62,901 bases of DNA, filler included, from Hyphochytrium catenoides (GCA_900088475.1; 5 parts of 5 records of this genome joined end to end with filler, not necessarily neighbours in it), one strand, 5' to 3'. Positions 20,299 through 32,937 are shown, numbered from the whole stretch's first letter. The notes: generated from the sequence alone by a model not told the origin. Program-made: numbers and translations.

Positions 20299-20970
20299 TT
20301 ATGTCGGGTAGCCTTCTTGGTAAGCATCAGAGTGCCAGCGTCCCAAGAACTTGATAGTTAGGTCGCCCGCCTGACCGTTCATTAGTGTTCTTAGTGCAGT
20401 AGTGCCTCCTACCCTCAGGGAGTGTGTCGAGTACCGTTCGGGTGGGTGTCCGCAGGCTGCTGCCGCTTGCTTCACCAACTTGGCCACGTCTTTCGCAGTA
20501 ACAGCGATCCCCGGGCGGTGGTCCTCTTGCTAACTAACTCCCGCTCGCCTGGACGATCCCAGGCCGATTGCAGCGCCTTCAGCAGACATCCTGCCTTGAA
20601 AGGGCATAGAAGAGAGTGTCCCGACCTCCGTAAGCGACGATGAGACCCTCTCCCAATCTGGTCATTTTTGCCGCCGCGTAAATCGATAGAGACTGCCACC
20701 GTCCTGGCGCTATCTCTGCATGTTCTGCCGGCGCAGCCTCAAAGCCGTAGGTCGTTGATTCTAAGAACGCAAGAGTGGGTCTCTGCCCCCATGAGGCAAT
20801 ACTCCGACCTTCTGAGGAGGAAGGAGTAGGCCAAAACAGTGAGGCTCCATAAAAGTTGGTGGTGTGGTGTGTACCAAGAAATAAAGTCCGAGAGGCACAG
20901 CAGGATTGGCACTGTCACGGGCTGCTTCTGGGCCAGGGAGCGGATGTGCGGCTAAGGCCTTGTCAAAAAA
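20299..20970 (-). mobile_element. Degraded tyrosine recombinase of a DIRS/Ngaro-type (YR) element
   Basis: Across frameshifts: KQPVTVPILL...LWSLTVLAYSFLLRRSEYC (catalytic R), IDLRGGKNDQIGRG (K), LCPFKA, YSTHSLRVGGTTAL (HxxR), IKFLGRWHSDAY (W). Confidence 0.85.
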
Positions 20971-21299
20971 GCTGACTGCTTCTGCCGCGCTGCATAGATG
21001 CAGTCGGCTGTGCCTCCCCTCGCCGTTGCCGCTGTGTCTAGGTTCCGGGCAGGCGGCAGAGCCTGAGGCTGACCGAGCAAACCTGAGACTGAGGCGCGAG
21101 GTCAGCCTCATCCTCTAACCGAGCCAGGACAACCTAATATCCCCCAGATATTTAACCGACTCTCACCTCTCTCTGTCGCTCTCTCTCTCTCCCACCACTC
21201 TGTCTCTCCTGCACGTCTCTCTTGGTCCAATCCATGTGAGATAGATCAAGTACCGAGAGAGAGACCAATAGTTCTAACAACAAGCGGAACATGGAACAG

Positions 21300-22260
21300 A
21301 AAAGAGAGAAGAAAAGAAGAGAAAGGAGAGATCAAAGAAGAAGCGTCCTCTACTAGCTGCACAGTTCCGGTCTTGTACCGTTGCCGGCATTGAAGTACGG
21401 TTAACGACGTAGTAGAGTGGCCAGGTCCTGGTCAATGCCCAAGGTAATGAGAAGAAAGACGACCTGTTCGCGTGACAGAGATATGGATGTCGGTTGTTAG
21501 CTTATCAGTTCAGCCAGTAACCTGCCTCAACCCTCCACTCTCTCTACCTCTCTCTCTTTCTCTCTTCCCTTTTGCTCCCCATCGGCCCTTCTCTTCAAAA
21601 GCTGGGCTTCAGAGGAGAGAGAAAGAGGTCTGTGTGTCCCTCTCTCTTTCGTCTTTTCCTTCCCGCGAGTACCGCGGTAGGTAAGGATAACATTGCAGAG
21701 CTTGGGGAAGAACGACGACAGGAAGTCTCTTCCCCTGCTGGCTCCTCTTCGGGGTTCATTGTCCCTATGTCCTCATTCTTTGACGAGGAGGAGAGAAACA
21801 ACCTTCTCAGCTTGCGGCTCGTCAACCTAGAGCCCAGACCTGAAGGCTCTTCCCTTGGATACGGCAGACTTTCTTCCCCGAGGAGACTCTTTCGACACGT
21901 GAAGAGTCCTCCCTCCCTAAACACTGAAGAAAGAGTAAGGAACGGAGTCGAGGAAGTCTCTCTATTATCAGCCTTTCTTCTCTCTCACCTGGAAGACTGG
22001 AGGGTAGTGGAGGCAGGCACTCGCTTCCACCGTACTAAGAGAGAGAGACAGAAGTCTCTTCTATCCTGTCTCTCTCTCTCTCTTCAGGCCCAACAACCGC
22101 AAATCTCTCTTCCAGAAGCGTCTTATGGGGTGAGGCATGGCAGCGCTGGTTTGGAAGCAGACCAGGAGGAGAGAGGGAGAACCAATTGTTTTGGCAGTGT
22201 CTTGTTCCCTTCAGAGATCCTGCAGGCAGCGATCGTCGTCTCTCCAGAAGACGAGAGAGA

Positions 22261-22316
<56 letters not shown>

Positions 22317-22430
22317 TCTCTGAAATCAGGAAAGGCGGCGCTTCTATCTATATAATATCTCAGCGGAAATGGGGAGACTGGCACTAATTTCATGTGAGCA
22401 CGAGAGCAGGATGTGCATTTTCCTCTCTCC
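21300..22430 (+). pseudogene. Partial paralog of the downstream acidic-protein gene (upstream-region copy joined to an internal coding copy)
   Basis: 21300-21560 aligns by eye to 24640-24880. 21600-22430 aligns to 27480-28250 (peptides IVPMSSF..EE..NLL.LRLVNLEP and NGVEEVSL.SAFL..HLED occur in both). Frameshifts present. Confidence 0.8.
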
Positions 22431-23482
22431 CAGTAACGAGGAGCCTTTCCTACCTTGCTCCGCCATGGCCTTTCTTTCCTCGCTGGCGGAGAAAAATGGC
22501 TTAATAGATGAAGAGGTCCGACACTTGCGGTGCCTCTCTCCAGCTGCTGCGCTTCAGGAGAGAGAGAGCGGGGCCTGAATGTCCCTCTCTTTTTCGTCTC
22601 CTTCTCTTGCCGCGAATACCGGAAAGACCAGGGATAACCTTGCAGAGCTTGAGGAAGAAACGACAGGAAGTCTCTTCCCCTGCTGGCTCCTCCTCGGGGT
22701 TCATTATCCCTTGTCCTCAATTTCAACTGGGGAGGGGAGAAACAACCTTCTCAGCGTGCAGCCAGCAAGGGAAGAGACTTCCTGTCGTTCTTCTTCTCAA
22801 GCTCTGCAAGGTTATCCCTGGTCATTCCGGTATTCGTGGCAAGGGAAGGAAACGAACATGATGAGAGATACAGACAGGCCTGTTCTCTCTCCTGAAGCGC
22901 AGCAGCTGAAGAGAGGCACCTCAAGTGCCGGACTTCTGCATCCCTCTATAAAGCCATTATTCTCCGCCAGCGAGCAAAAAGAGGCCGTGGCCGAGTAAGG
23001 TAGGAAGGTTCCTCGTTACCAGAGAGAGGAAAATGCACATCCTCCTGCTCTCGTGCTCACATGAACTTAGTGCCAGTCTCCCCATTTCCGCTGAGATATA
23101 GAGATAGAAGCGCCGCCTCTGCTGGTTCCAGACAGACACGAGAGAGAGAGAGAGAAGATGAAGATGATCTCTCTCCTCTTCTACGACGGTCGCCGCCTGC
23201 AGGTTCTCTGAAAGGAACAGGCCACTGCCAAGATAATTCATTCTCCCTCTCTCATGTCCTGCTTAGAATCATCGCGGCCATTCCTCACCCCATAAGACGC
23301 TTTTGGATGAAGAAGTTTGCGGTTGTTGGGCGTGGACAGAGAGAGAGAGACAGGGTAGGAAAGACTTCTCTCTCTCTCTCTCTCTTAGTACGATGGAAGC
23401 GAGTGCCTGATCCACTATTCCGAAGTCTTCCAGGTGGGTGGGAAGAAAGGCTGATAAGAGAGAGACTTCCTCGGCTCGTTCC
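21940..23482. repeat. Long imperfect inverted repeat (fold-back), arms about 21940-22688 and 22763-23482
   Basis: Example pairs: CAGCGGAAATGGGGAGACTGGCACTAA (22361) with TTAGTGCCAGTCTCCCCATTTCCGCTG (23067); GGGATAACCTTGCAGAGCTTGAG (22631) with CTCAAGCTCTGCAAGGTTATCCC (22796); CACCTGGAAGACT (21986) with AGTCTTCCAGGTG (23424). Confidence 0.92.
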
Positions 23483-25036
23483 TGTCTCTTTCTTCAAGGT
23501 TATGCATCATAGGTCACCATCGAGCACACCATAGTTTGGCTGCTGCTGAAGAAGGAAGAAGGATAGGTGCTCCACTATTATAGTCCATACAATCATGGGT
23601 CGAGGAGGAATGTCTTGGAGTTAGAGTCATCACTGACCACCGTAGAAGAAAGGAAGCGAGTTGCCCCATGAGATNNNNNNNNNNNNNNNNNNNNNNNAGA
23701 GAGAGGGAGAGAGAGGGAGAGAGAGAGAGAGAGAGAAAGAGGCATGTCTGCTTACTACTAGCTGCAAGAGCCGAAACCGTAGTAGTTCATTCCTGTTCTA
23801 AAATCTAATGACTATTTTATGATTGTTTGATTGCCTTTTATTTGGAGAGACAAGAAAATCATTAATTTTGTTTGTGGCTCTTGTTGGGAACAGGCGTTAC
23901 ATGAAAAGGGGCACTTCCGTAATCCCTGTGGCGTAGGTTTAGGCTCCTGTAGCCCTAGAACTGTGTGTACGGCGGCTGAGGGGGAATACGTGTAGGTATC
24001 AGATTGTTGTAACAGTAGTGGCCGGTGCTCCAGGGGCTGGCAGTGAAGGAGCCGGAAGAAACTTCCTGGTGTGGAGGTAACAGCACTCTCTCTCTCTCTT
24101 TCCTCTCTCTCCTGGGTGTTCTCTTCTTTCCCTCTCTTTCTCTCATTCTTTCTCTCTCGGTTTCTTTTTTTCTTTCTTTCTTTCTCTCTAAGGCCTTATA
24201 TTTTCCTGTCTCTCATTCTCTCGCTATGTCTGTTTCTCTTATTCTCTCTCTGTCTCTTCCTCCCTCCCTTTCTTTATCTCTCTCTCTCTCTCTCTCTTCC
24301 GCTCGGTCTTTCTCTCTCTCATACATACACACGCTCTGCTCTCTTTCTGTCACTTAGCGACTCACTCTGTCTCACCTCCCTCGGCATTCTTCTCTTCTCT
24401 ACCGTTGCTAATCCACAAAGCTATTACCTCATCATCTCACCAATCAGTAAGGCTTTTCCTCCCCGTCGCGTCTTCTGCTCTCTCTCCCTTCTTCTCCTAC
24501 TGCTCCACTCCCTGTTCTCTCCTTACCAAAGACTATGGGACGATCATTGAGGGAGAAAGAGAGGATAGAGATGCCAGAGAAGAGGGAGACAGATAACGTA
24601 CTGAGAGAGAGACTGGCAGCAACAGAGTGAAGCGTGGAGGGTAAAGAAGAAAGAGAGAAGAGAGAAAGGCTAGGAGACAAAACGTCCCAACTAGCCGTGA
24701 CTCCGGTCTCATACGGTTGCAGACAACTACGACTAAGGAAGTAGAGTGGGCAGGCTTGAGCAATGTCCTAGAAAATGAGAAGAAAGACGATCTGCCCGCG
24801 TGGCAGAGATGCGGATGTCGGTTGCAAACGTGTCAGCTGGGCTGTAAACTGCCTCAGCCCTTCACTCTCTCTCCTTCTCTTTCTCTCTCTCTACCTCCGT
24901 TTTTCTCTCTCTCTCTCTCTCTCTTTCCTTCTCTGTTGCTCCCTCTCTTCCCTTTTCTCTCCTTTTTCTTTTCTCTCTTTCTCTCTTCCTTTCTTTTTCC
25001 CTCCTCTCGTCCTCCCTTGCTGTCTCTCTCTTTGTC

Positions 25037-25075
<39 letters not shown>

Positions 25076-25538
25076 AAAAGGAGCCTGATAAGAAGTAAAC
25101 AAACGAATATACCTCACCTCCTCTACATGCTCTTCCTCGTCCTTGCAACGTCCGTTACGCTGTTCCTTCCTAGCAATTGAGAGTCAAAGCACCACCGCAC
25201 CGCCGCGCCAATGCCGAAGGCTCCAATCTCTTGAGGAAAACTATCTGACACTCTGCAGTTTTCTCTGCATAGCCCACAACCTTTTTCAAGCCATTGCGTT
25301 CGGGAGAGGCCAACGCGCAAGAGGACGGAGAGAGAGCGAAAGGGGAAACTGCAGGGTTGGTTATCAGAGACGGAAAGGGAAAAGGAGAGAAGTGCGGGTA
25401 GGAGAGAGAAAGAAGCAGAAGAAGAAGGCCCAAGGAAGAAGAGACAAGGAGAGAGAGAGAGTTTGAGTAGTGGAGAGCCTTAGGTCTTGGACCGGGAGGG
25501 TGGAGCGCCGAAGTGGAGAGAGGGAAGGAAGCGGAGGC

Positions 25539-28500
25539 ATGGGAGGGTGGAGAGAGAGTCTGAAGGGGAGAGAGGGATGGATGGTGAGGAAGTTCCTCAG
25601 GGAGAGCGTGCTGCCGGCGGTGGGAACTGCAGGAGGAGCAGTCCTCATCACTGGAGCCTCTCTCCCTGTCGCGCCTGTCGTGCTCGCCGCTCTGGCTACC
25701 ACGGCCGTGGGCTTTCATGGCTTTGTGGAGAGGCAATGGCAGGAGACAGAGGAGAAAAAAGAAGAAGAAAGGAGGCAGGCGAGTGAGCCTAGGTAAGCTA
25801 TAGCGGACAGTAGAGGCCTAGAGATAGAGAAAGAGAGAGAGAGCGAGCGAGCGAGAAAGAGAGAGAGAGAGAGAGACCTGCAAGACAGTAAGATGGAGAA
25901 CGAAAGCTGTAAGCAGTATCTATTGATCAGCTTTGTAGTTTTTAGTACTCACTCTGTCTCTTTGACCCTCCATCTTCTCTCTCCAAGGACGAACCTCTTT
26001 CGCACTGAGGAGCCGGCAGGACAGGAGAGAGAGAGAAAAGAGGTCGTTACGTCGAGCACAACCACGGAGGAGGAGAGAGAGGAAAGGGGAGAGAGAGAGG
26101 GGACGGTATCGTCCTCCCTCCTATCTCCTCCTCTTGTGCTCCCTTTTCCAGATGATGCTCCACCACCTTCCTCTAATGCCGTTGGAGAGAGCGAGAACGT
26201 GGAAGAAGAGAGGGAAGAGACCGTACCTCAGGAGGAGCTCCAGCCACTCGTCGCCTTATCTTCCCTTGGTGAGAGGGAGGAGAGAAATTACCAAGAAGAA
26301 GGGGAAGAAATCCAGGCGGATCTGTCTCTCCCTCTCTCTCTGCTTGCAACCGCGCAGCCCCAAGCACCTGAGGTCGTAGGAGAGGAGAGTGCAGCAAATC
26401 TTTCTACCTCTGTCACTGTTCTAACTGTGGACGTTGCCGAAGCGAGACAAGAGGAAGAGGTAGAGCCTCTCTTTCTCTCTTTGTTGGACCATCTCTCTCT
26501 TGCTCCCTCTGCTATCGCTGACCCAATGGTGGAGGAGCAAAATGGCTTAGAAGTGGAACAGAATGTCGGAGAGGAGCCTCTGCTTCTCTTGTCTCCTCTT
26601 AGGGAGCAGAGCGAGGGCGTTGGGGAGGAGAGAGAAGAGCAAGTTTTCCCTGTCTCTCTTTCTTCTTTCAACCTCAGCGATGACGGACAGCGGACAGGAG
26701 AGACGGAGGAGAAAGGGTTTCTGCCTTCTTCGGCGAGCATCCGTTCTTCTCTCGGCGACGAGCAGGGAGAGAGAGAGAGTATTGTTCCCCTGGCGGCTAA
26801 TCTGATGGATGAGAGAAAGACACAAGACTCTTCTCGTGAGGAACAAGGGATTGGGGAGGACGAAGAAGAGAAGGAGGAAGAAGCCGCCCACCGCCTCAAC
26901 TCTCTTGCTCTGGAGCAGCTGGGGATTGAAGAAGAGAGAGAGAAAGACAGCAGCCAAGGGCTGGGAGAGCAACAAGAAGATCAGCTGGTTTCTCTCTCTC
27001 TTTCTGTCACGCCCATCGCGGAAGAACAAACTCCTGAAGAAGAACAGCAGCCTCAACGTCCTTCATCGGTGGTCCTTCCTCTCGCTCTGGAGGACCATGT
27101 GCAGGGAGAGAGAGAGAGGAACCTTTCAGAGCCGCTGAATGGTCTGCTCAAGCCTCTCGAGGAGGAAGAATGCTTTTCTCTGTCTCCAAGCTCTCTCTCT
27201 CTCGCGTCATCGCCTAGGAATGCAGACGAGCGCCGCCCGACTCCGAGACTTGAGAAGGAAGAAGAGGTCGCTTCTATCTCTTCCTCTCTCGCTGAGCAAA
27301 AGATGGAGGGAGGAGAGGAGTGGGAAACAGGCAGCTTCAGCTCTTTGGGAGAGAGGCAAGAGCCAAGCTTCTCTCTCTCTCCTGGTACAGAGACCTTCAG
27401 CGGTGAGACACCGAGTACAGGCGAGGAACCTTGCTTGCCTTACTCGGCTGCAGAAGTCCAGTTGCTGTGCTTCCCTTCTTCTGCAGCGCTTCAGGAGAGA
27501 GAGAATGAGGCCTGTATGTCCCTCTCTCGTTCGTCTCTTTCTCTTGCCACCAGTACCCGGATTTCCAGGGATAAGCTGGCAGAGCATCAGGACGAAGGAC
27601 AGCAAGTCTCTTCCCTTGCTGGCTCCTCTCCTCCGGGGTACATCGTCCCTATGTCTTCATTCTTGAATGATGAGGAGGGAGACAACCTCCTGAACTTGCG
27701 GCTGGTCAACCTGGAGCCCGGAGAAGAAGGCCGTCTCCCTGAACACGGCTCCCTGAGAGAGAGAGAAGACTCTTGCGAGCGCGTTAAGAGCCTTCCCTTC
27801 GTTAGAACGGAAGAGAGAGACTGGAATGGAGTCGAGGAGGTCTCCTTGTCAGCCTTTCTTCCCGCTCACCTGGAAGACTTCCGGGTAGCGGATCGGGCAC
27901 TCGCCTCGATCGTGCTAAGAGAGAAAGAGGAGTCTCTTCTGTCCTCTTTTCCTCTTCCCTCGCGCCCAACAACCGTAAACCGTCTTCCAGAAGCGTCTGA
28001 CATGGTGAGGACGGATGGCGGCGATGCTTGGGAGGCAGGACAGAAGAGAGAGAGAAGACGCTGTGTTGCTATCACGTTTCCTTCAGAGATAACACCAGAA
28101 GAGGAGAGAGATCATCTTCTCTCTCTCTCTCTCGTCTCTCTCGAGCCAGGAGAGACGGCGCTTCAAACTCGGTCTGTCAGTTGCGATGGGGAGACTGGCA
28201 GCACATCCATGGGAAAACGTGAGCAGGAGGTGCATTTTCCTCGGTCCAAGAAAGTCTCTCCTCTTCTCTCTCCCGCACTAGCAGATCGCGTGCCATGGGT
28301 GACTCTAGAAGACTTCCTGGGAGTTGACCAGGGAGAGTGCTTCTCTCTCTTGAAGGAGACAGAGACACAGTTATCTGCTGTGTCTCTCACACCTGATGCT
28401 GCCTTGCACTCTTGTCAGAGAGAAATGCGAGAGCCACCTGCTGGCTCTCTTTCCTCTCAGCAGGTAGCCGTCGGTCCACCTCGCTCTGGGGCGTACGACG

Positions 28501-29464
28501 AAGAGAGAGAGAAACTCGCTGTTCTCTCTCTTGTGTCGCTCGAACCGGCGTCTGAAGGTTGTCTCCGCAACTCTTATTCTTCCTACGGAAGAGACACCGC
28601 TGAAGAGAGAGAGAGAGGACCGCAGTCTTCTTCTTCTGAAAGGACAAAAGAAGGGAAGACAGCGACAACTGGCACTTCTTTCTCCTTTTCTCTCGCCTCG
28701 TCCTCACCCTTTGCACAGACTCCGAGGACATCATTGTCGAGCGTAAGCAGCGCCGCTGCTGCTGAAGAGAGAGGAGAAGCAACAGAGAGTGTTGAGCTGC
28801 AGAACGGTGAGGCTTTCTCTGCAGGTAAAAGTGTTCGCTCCCTTCCTTGTCACTACTTTTCTCTTCTCTCTCTCTCTTTTTCTCTCTCTCGCGCGCGCTC
28901 TCTCAGCCTCGCACACAATTTCTTGCACACACTCTCTATCTCTGATGTTCCTCTCGCTGGTCTTCTCTTTGACTGTCTGTTATTTCTCTCACCTTCCAAT
29001 GCCTTGCACAGAAGTTGACAGGGCCCAAGATCTGCATGGAAGAGAAGAGCTTTGCCTTCCTCCCATGGAACACGAGGTAGCCAGTCTCTGTCGTCTTTCC
29101 TTCTTTGTTCATCTGCTAATTCCTTGTTGAAGGCTCTCTCCTCCTCTCCAGAGCAAGACGGCGACGAAGACCGGACATTGACGTCCTTGAACTCTTTCCC
29201 TGGCTCCTCAGAAAAAGGAGATGGGGGAGACAGGTCAGTCCGTATTTTGGCTCTACTCTTCCGCTTGCTTTCTCTCTCTCATCTTTATCTCTGTCTTCTC
29301 TCCCTTACTCCTGTTTTTTTTCAGCTCTTCAGCGCCTCCAGACAAGGCGCTGCTAGATATAACGAGCAATGTTGAAGAAGCAGGAGAGTTACGGCTGTCA
29401 AAGTCAGACAAAGGTCAGGGCTGCCTCGCTGTCTCTCTCTCTCTCTCTCTATCTTCGAACGTGG

Positions 29465-29502
<38 letters not shown>

Positions 29503-31601
29503 TCTCACCTGTGTATACACCGAGAGAGTGTATGTTGTCTCTAAGATCCTTTATCTGGCCAGGTCTGGATGCATCCGCGGGCGCAGGACAAGAAACAGAA
29601 CCCGGAACTTCTGCAGCAAATCCTCAACGGCAAGGCTTAGTGCTTTTCCCTTCAGGTACGTTCCTGGCCGCAAGAGTCCAACGTGACGTTCAACCTCTCT
29701 CTCTCTCTCTCCTCTCTCTTTGAGAATCTCTTTTGTCGTCAAATCTCTCTCCTCCCATGTCCTCAGTCTCGCTGGTTTGTTTTCTAACTCTCAGTGATCT
29801 TTTTCTTCGCTCACGACCACCATGCAAAGAAGAGGACGGAGCCCAAGATCTGGACGGAAGACTTCCCGGAAGAGAAGAGCTATGCCTTCCTCCCGGGGAA
29901 CACAAGGTTAGCCAATCTCTCTCGTCCTTTCTTCTTTCTTCCCTGTCTAAGTTCTTGTTGAAGGCTCTCTCCTCTCCACATCAGGGAGAAGTAGAAGACG
30001 GAACGGAAGCCCAGACATTGGCGTCCTTGGAGTCTTTCTCTACCTCAACAAAAAAGGATGATGGCGACAGGTCAGTCCGTACTTTGGCTCTCTCTTCCTT
30101 TTTGATTGCTCTTTCTCGTCTTTATTTCTGTCTTCCACTCGCCTTTCGTGGCAATGATCTCTCTCTCTCTCTGTCTCTCTCCTGCCAGATGTTGACGTCA
30201 GTAGTTCTGCTGCTTCTTCATTCTTGCTCGTCTTCTCTCACACGCTCCTGCTTTCAGCTCTTTGCCTAATCAAGAGAAGGCGCTGCTGACGAGCGATGAC
30301 AAAAAGGCAGAAGACCTATTGCCATCAACGTCGGACAAAGGTCAGCGCTGCCTTTCTCTCTCTCTCTCTCTCTCTCTTCCTCTCTCTCGCTCTTTCTGTC
30401 TCTCACAACAGCCAGACCCACATAGTCTCTCTCTCTCTCGCTCTTCTTGTTGCTCGTTCATTCTCTTTCTCTTCGCTCTGGTATCTGAGGGGAGGAGATA
30501 AGGAGAAGAGAAAGAGTCTTATCTGCTTCTGCGGCATCTCTTCTTCCTTCTTCTGGGTCCCTTCGCTGTTGGCGACATCTTCGGGTCTCTGCTTCTCTGC
30601 AAAAGAAGAGAGAGAGACTGACGGAAGGAGAGAGAGAGATTGAGCCGGAAAAGAAGGATAAGAGACTGGTAAACTCAGAGACGAAGAAGAGAGAGAGAGG
30701 ATATAAAGAGACAGGCAGAGAAAGGGAGGGAGAGAGAGAAAAATAGAACGTCAGGTTGGACTGCATGCAGGGGAGAGCCCACGAGGAGGAAGAGAATGTG
30801 TCCAGAAGTAGAGGAAGACTCTTCCTTCTTTAAGTCTTAGTCCCTCAGCCACCAGATGGAAGCTTTCTGCCTTTCTCCCCTTCTCTTCGCTTCTCATTTC
30901 TTCTTCTTTTCGAGTCGGTGGATTCTCCTCTCTCGTCCTCCTTCCGGCTACGCTGATCCTTTCTCTGCCTCTCAACAACATGTTATCCATCCTTTCTTCC
31001 TCCAGACACCTACTGTCTGCTCTTCCCGTACATCTTTCTCTCTTTCTCTCTCTCTCTCATGAGATGTTCTGATTCCTATCTCTCTCCTTGTATGGGGAAC
31101 CTTCCCTACAGAGGTCTGGAGCCAAGCAAGAGAGACGTCCCCAAGGAGGACACTACTCAGAAGAGGCGTACCTCTCCTATCTCCTTCCTCCGCAGAGGAC
31201 AATCTAAATCCCCCCAAAAAGTCAGTGTACCTTGGCCTGTAAACGAAAGAGAGAGAGACGAAGAGAGAGAGAAAGAAAGAGGGGAGAAGAGAGAGAGGGA
31301 GTGTGTCGAGAGAGAGACATTGAGGAGAAGAGACAAAGTAAGCCAGACCGGGAAGACGCAAAATCTACGAGTCTCACCTTTCTACTCTCTCTCTCTTCTC
31401 TTTCGGCAGCAGCTACTCGGTAGCCAAGAAAGAGAAGAAGAAAGAAGAGAAAGTTGGCCTCTGGGGAAACTTACTGGACGCATTCCTGCCCCGGTCCTCC
31501 TCCTCCACCTCCTTGGCAGCCAAGTCCAGAAAGGCCTCAGTCTCCCCTTCTCCCGCTTCTTCTCTCCCTCATCCTCAACATCGACGCTAGCAGCTATATA
31601 G
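25539..31601 (+). CDS. Large Glu/Ser-rich, probably disordered protein with an N-terminal hydrophobic segment; multi-exon; start and end uncertain
   Basis: Exon to 25792 (VLPAVGTAGGAVLITGASLPVAPVVLAALATTAVGF) splices in frame to a long exon at 25988-28824. Short GT-AG exons follow at about 29011-29076, 29132-29232, 29324-29413, 29563-29655, 29830-29906, 29963-30070 and 30257-30340. Possible last exons at about 31112-31220 and 31410-31601. Confidence 0.6.
29011..30340 (+). repeat. Intragenic tandem duplication of a three-exon cassette
   Basis: AQDLHGREELCLPPMEHE / ALSSSPEQ..TLTSLNSF..GD / DKALL..SDK repeats as AQDLDG..GREELCLPPGEHK / ALSSPHQ..TLASLESF..GD / EKALL..SDK. Shared splice contexts TTGTTGAAG| and |GTCAGTCCGTA. 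Confidence 0.85.
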
Positions 31602-31650
31602 ACTGTATAATGCACTTCTGTTCATGTGTAACACCTCCTTCAGCTCCTGC

Positions 31651-31701
<51 letters not shown>

Positions 31702-32301
31702 TTTCTCTTGCACCTCTTGAGACTTCGAGTTAGGAAAGAAGGCCTAAGAGAGACACAGCAGGACACAGACCTGCGAGGAAAGAAAGAAAAATGAAAGGAT
31801 TGCAAGAGAGGGAGAGAGATCTACAGGAGACGAAAGAGTGAGGAACGAAAGGAGCTCAGTAACCATGAACAAAACACATAGAGAAGAGAGAATAAAGGAG
31901 GCAGAGAGAGAGAAAATCATTAGCAATCCAGTCTTCGCCCCGTTCATGGTCTGGCATATCTCTCCTCAGACTGACAGTAGAAAAAACCCTTGTCGTCTTC
32001 TCTTAGCTCACGCGAGAGGCATAGATCCGAGAAAGAGGAGAGAGAGAGTGAGAGAAGAGAGAGAGAAAGAAAAGAGAGTCCTTAAGCAGAGGGATGTCAG
32101 AAGAGGCAAGCCACTTGTACATTTGATCCATACATTGATTCTTACTACTCCCGATAGGAATGGAAGTACGTGCTTCTCTCTCTCTTTTTCTCTCTCTCTC
32201 TTGTCCTTCTGTGGGGCCCCATAGGTGCGAGCACGGACTGGCCGAGAAAGAGGAAGGGCAAGAGTCACACTGATTGGGAAGAGAGAGAGAGAGAGAGAGA
32301 G

Positions 32302-32401
32302 NNNNNNNNNNNNNNNNNNNNNNNNNNNNNNNNNNNNNNNNNNNNTTAATTAATTAANNNNNNNNNNNNNNNNNNNNNNNNNNNNNNNNNNNNNNNNNNN
32401 N
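32302..32401. other. Artificial contig linker
   Basis: N44-TTAATTAATTAA-N44. Confidence 0.95.
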
Positions 32402-32640
32402 TTGGTGGCAGTCGACATAGGAAAGGAGAAGAGGACCTGAGCTACCTTTAAGTTATTTTATCCTAGAAGATATGACGCTCGATTTTGCCTTGCATAGGCC
32501 CTATCTATATACTTTGAGACACTTACACATCCCTTCGACACAACCGAGTAACAAGGGCGGTTCACGCTGTCTTTGCCCTAGTGTAAGTGGGCGGCATATA
32601 CGTTAGGTCTTGGTCTCAAGGTGGCAACCATGGGCAGAGC

Positions 32641-32766
32641 TGGAGTCAGTTAGTTGAATCTTATCCGCTACTGCTATGAGGCGGAGGAAGGTTTGAGAAG
32701 CCACGTGGATGGTCCATGGAGTCAATTAGTTAGACTTTATCCGCCACTGCTGAGGCGGAGGAAGGT
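32641..32766. repeat. Imperfect direct repeat, about 75-bp period
   Basis: TGGAGTCA(G/A)TTAGTT...TTATCCGC(T/C)ACTGCT..GAGGCGGAGGAAGGT at 32641 and 32717. Confidence 0.75.
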
Positions 32767-32937
32767 GGGATGAAGAAGGTGGATGGCCCATGTGCAGAGC
32801 CTATCAAGGGTTCTGAGAGGACGTGGTTCTGAGCTGGACTGCCATAGTATGTCAGGCTATCACTTCGAGCCTTTCCTGAGTACCATGGATCTTTCTCTCT
32901 CAGAGCGCAGAGGATCTACCCGCCAGTGCCGCAACAC

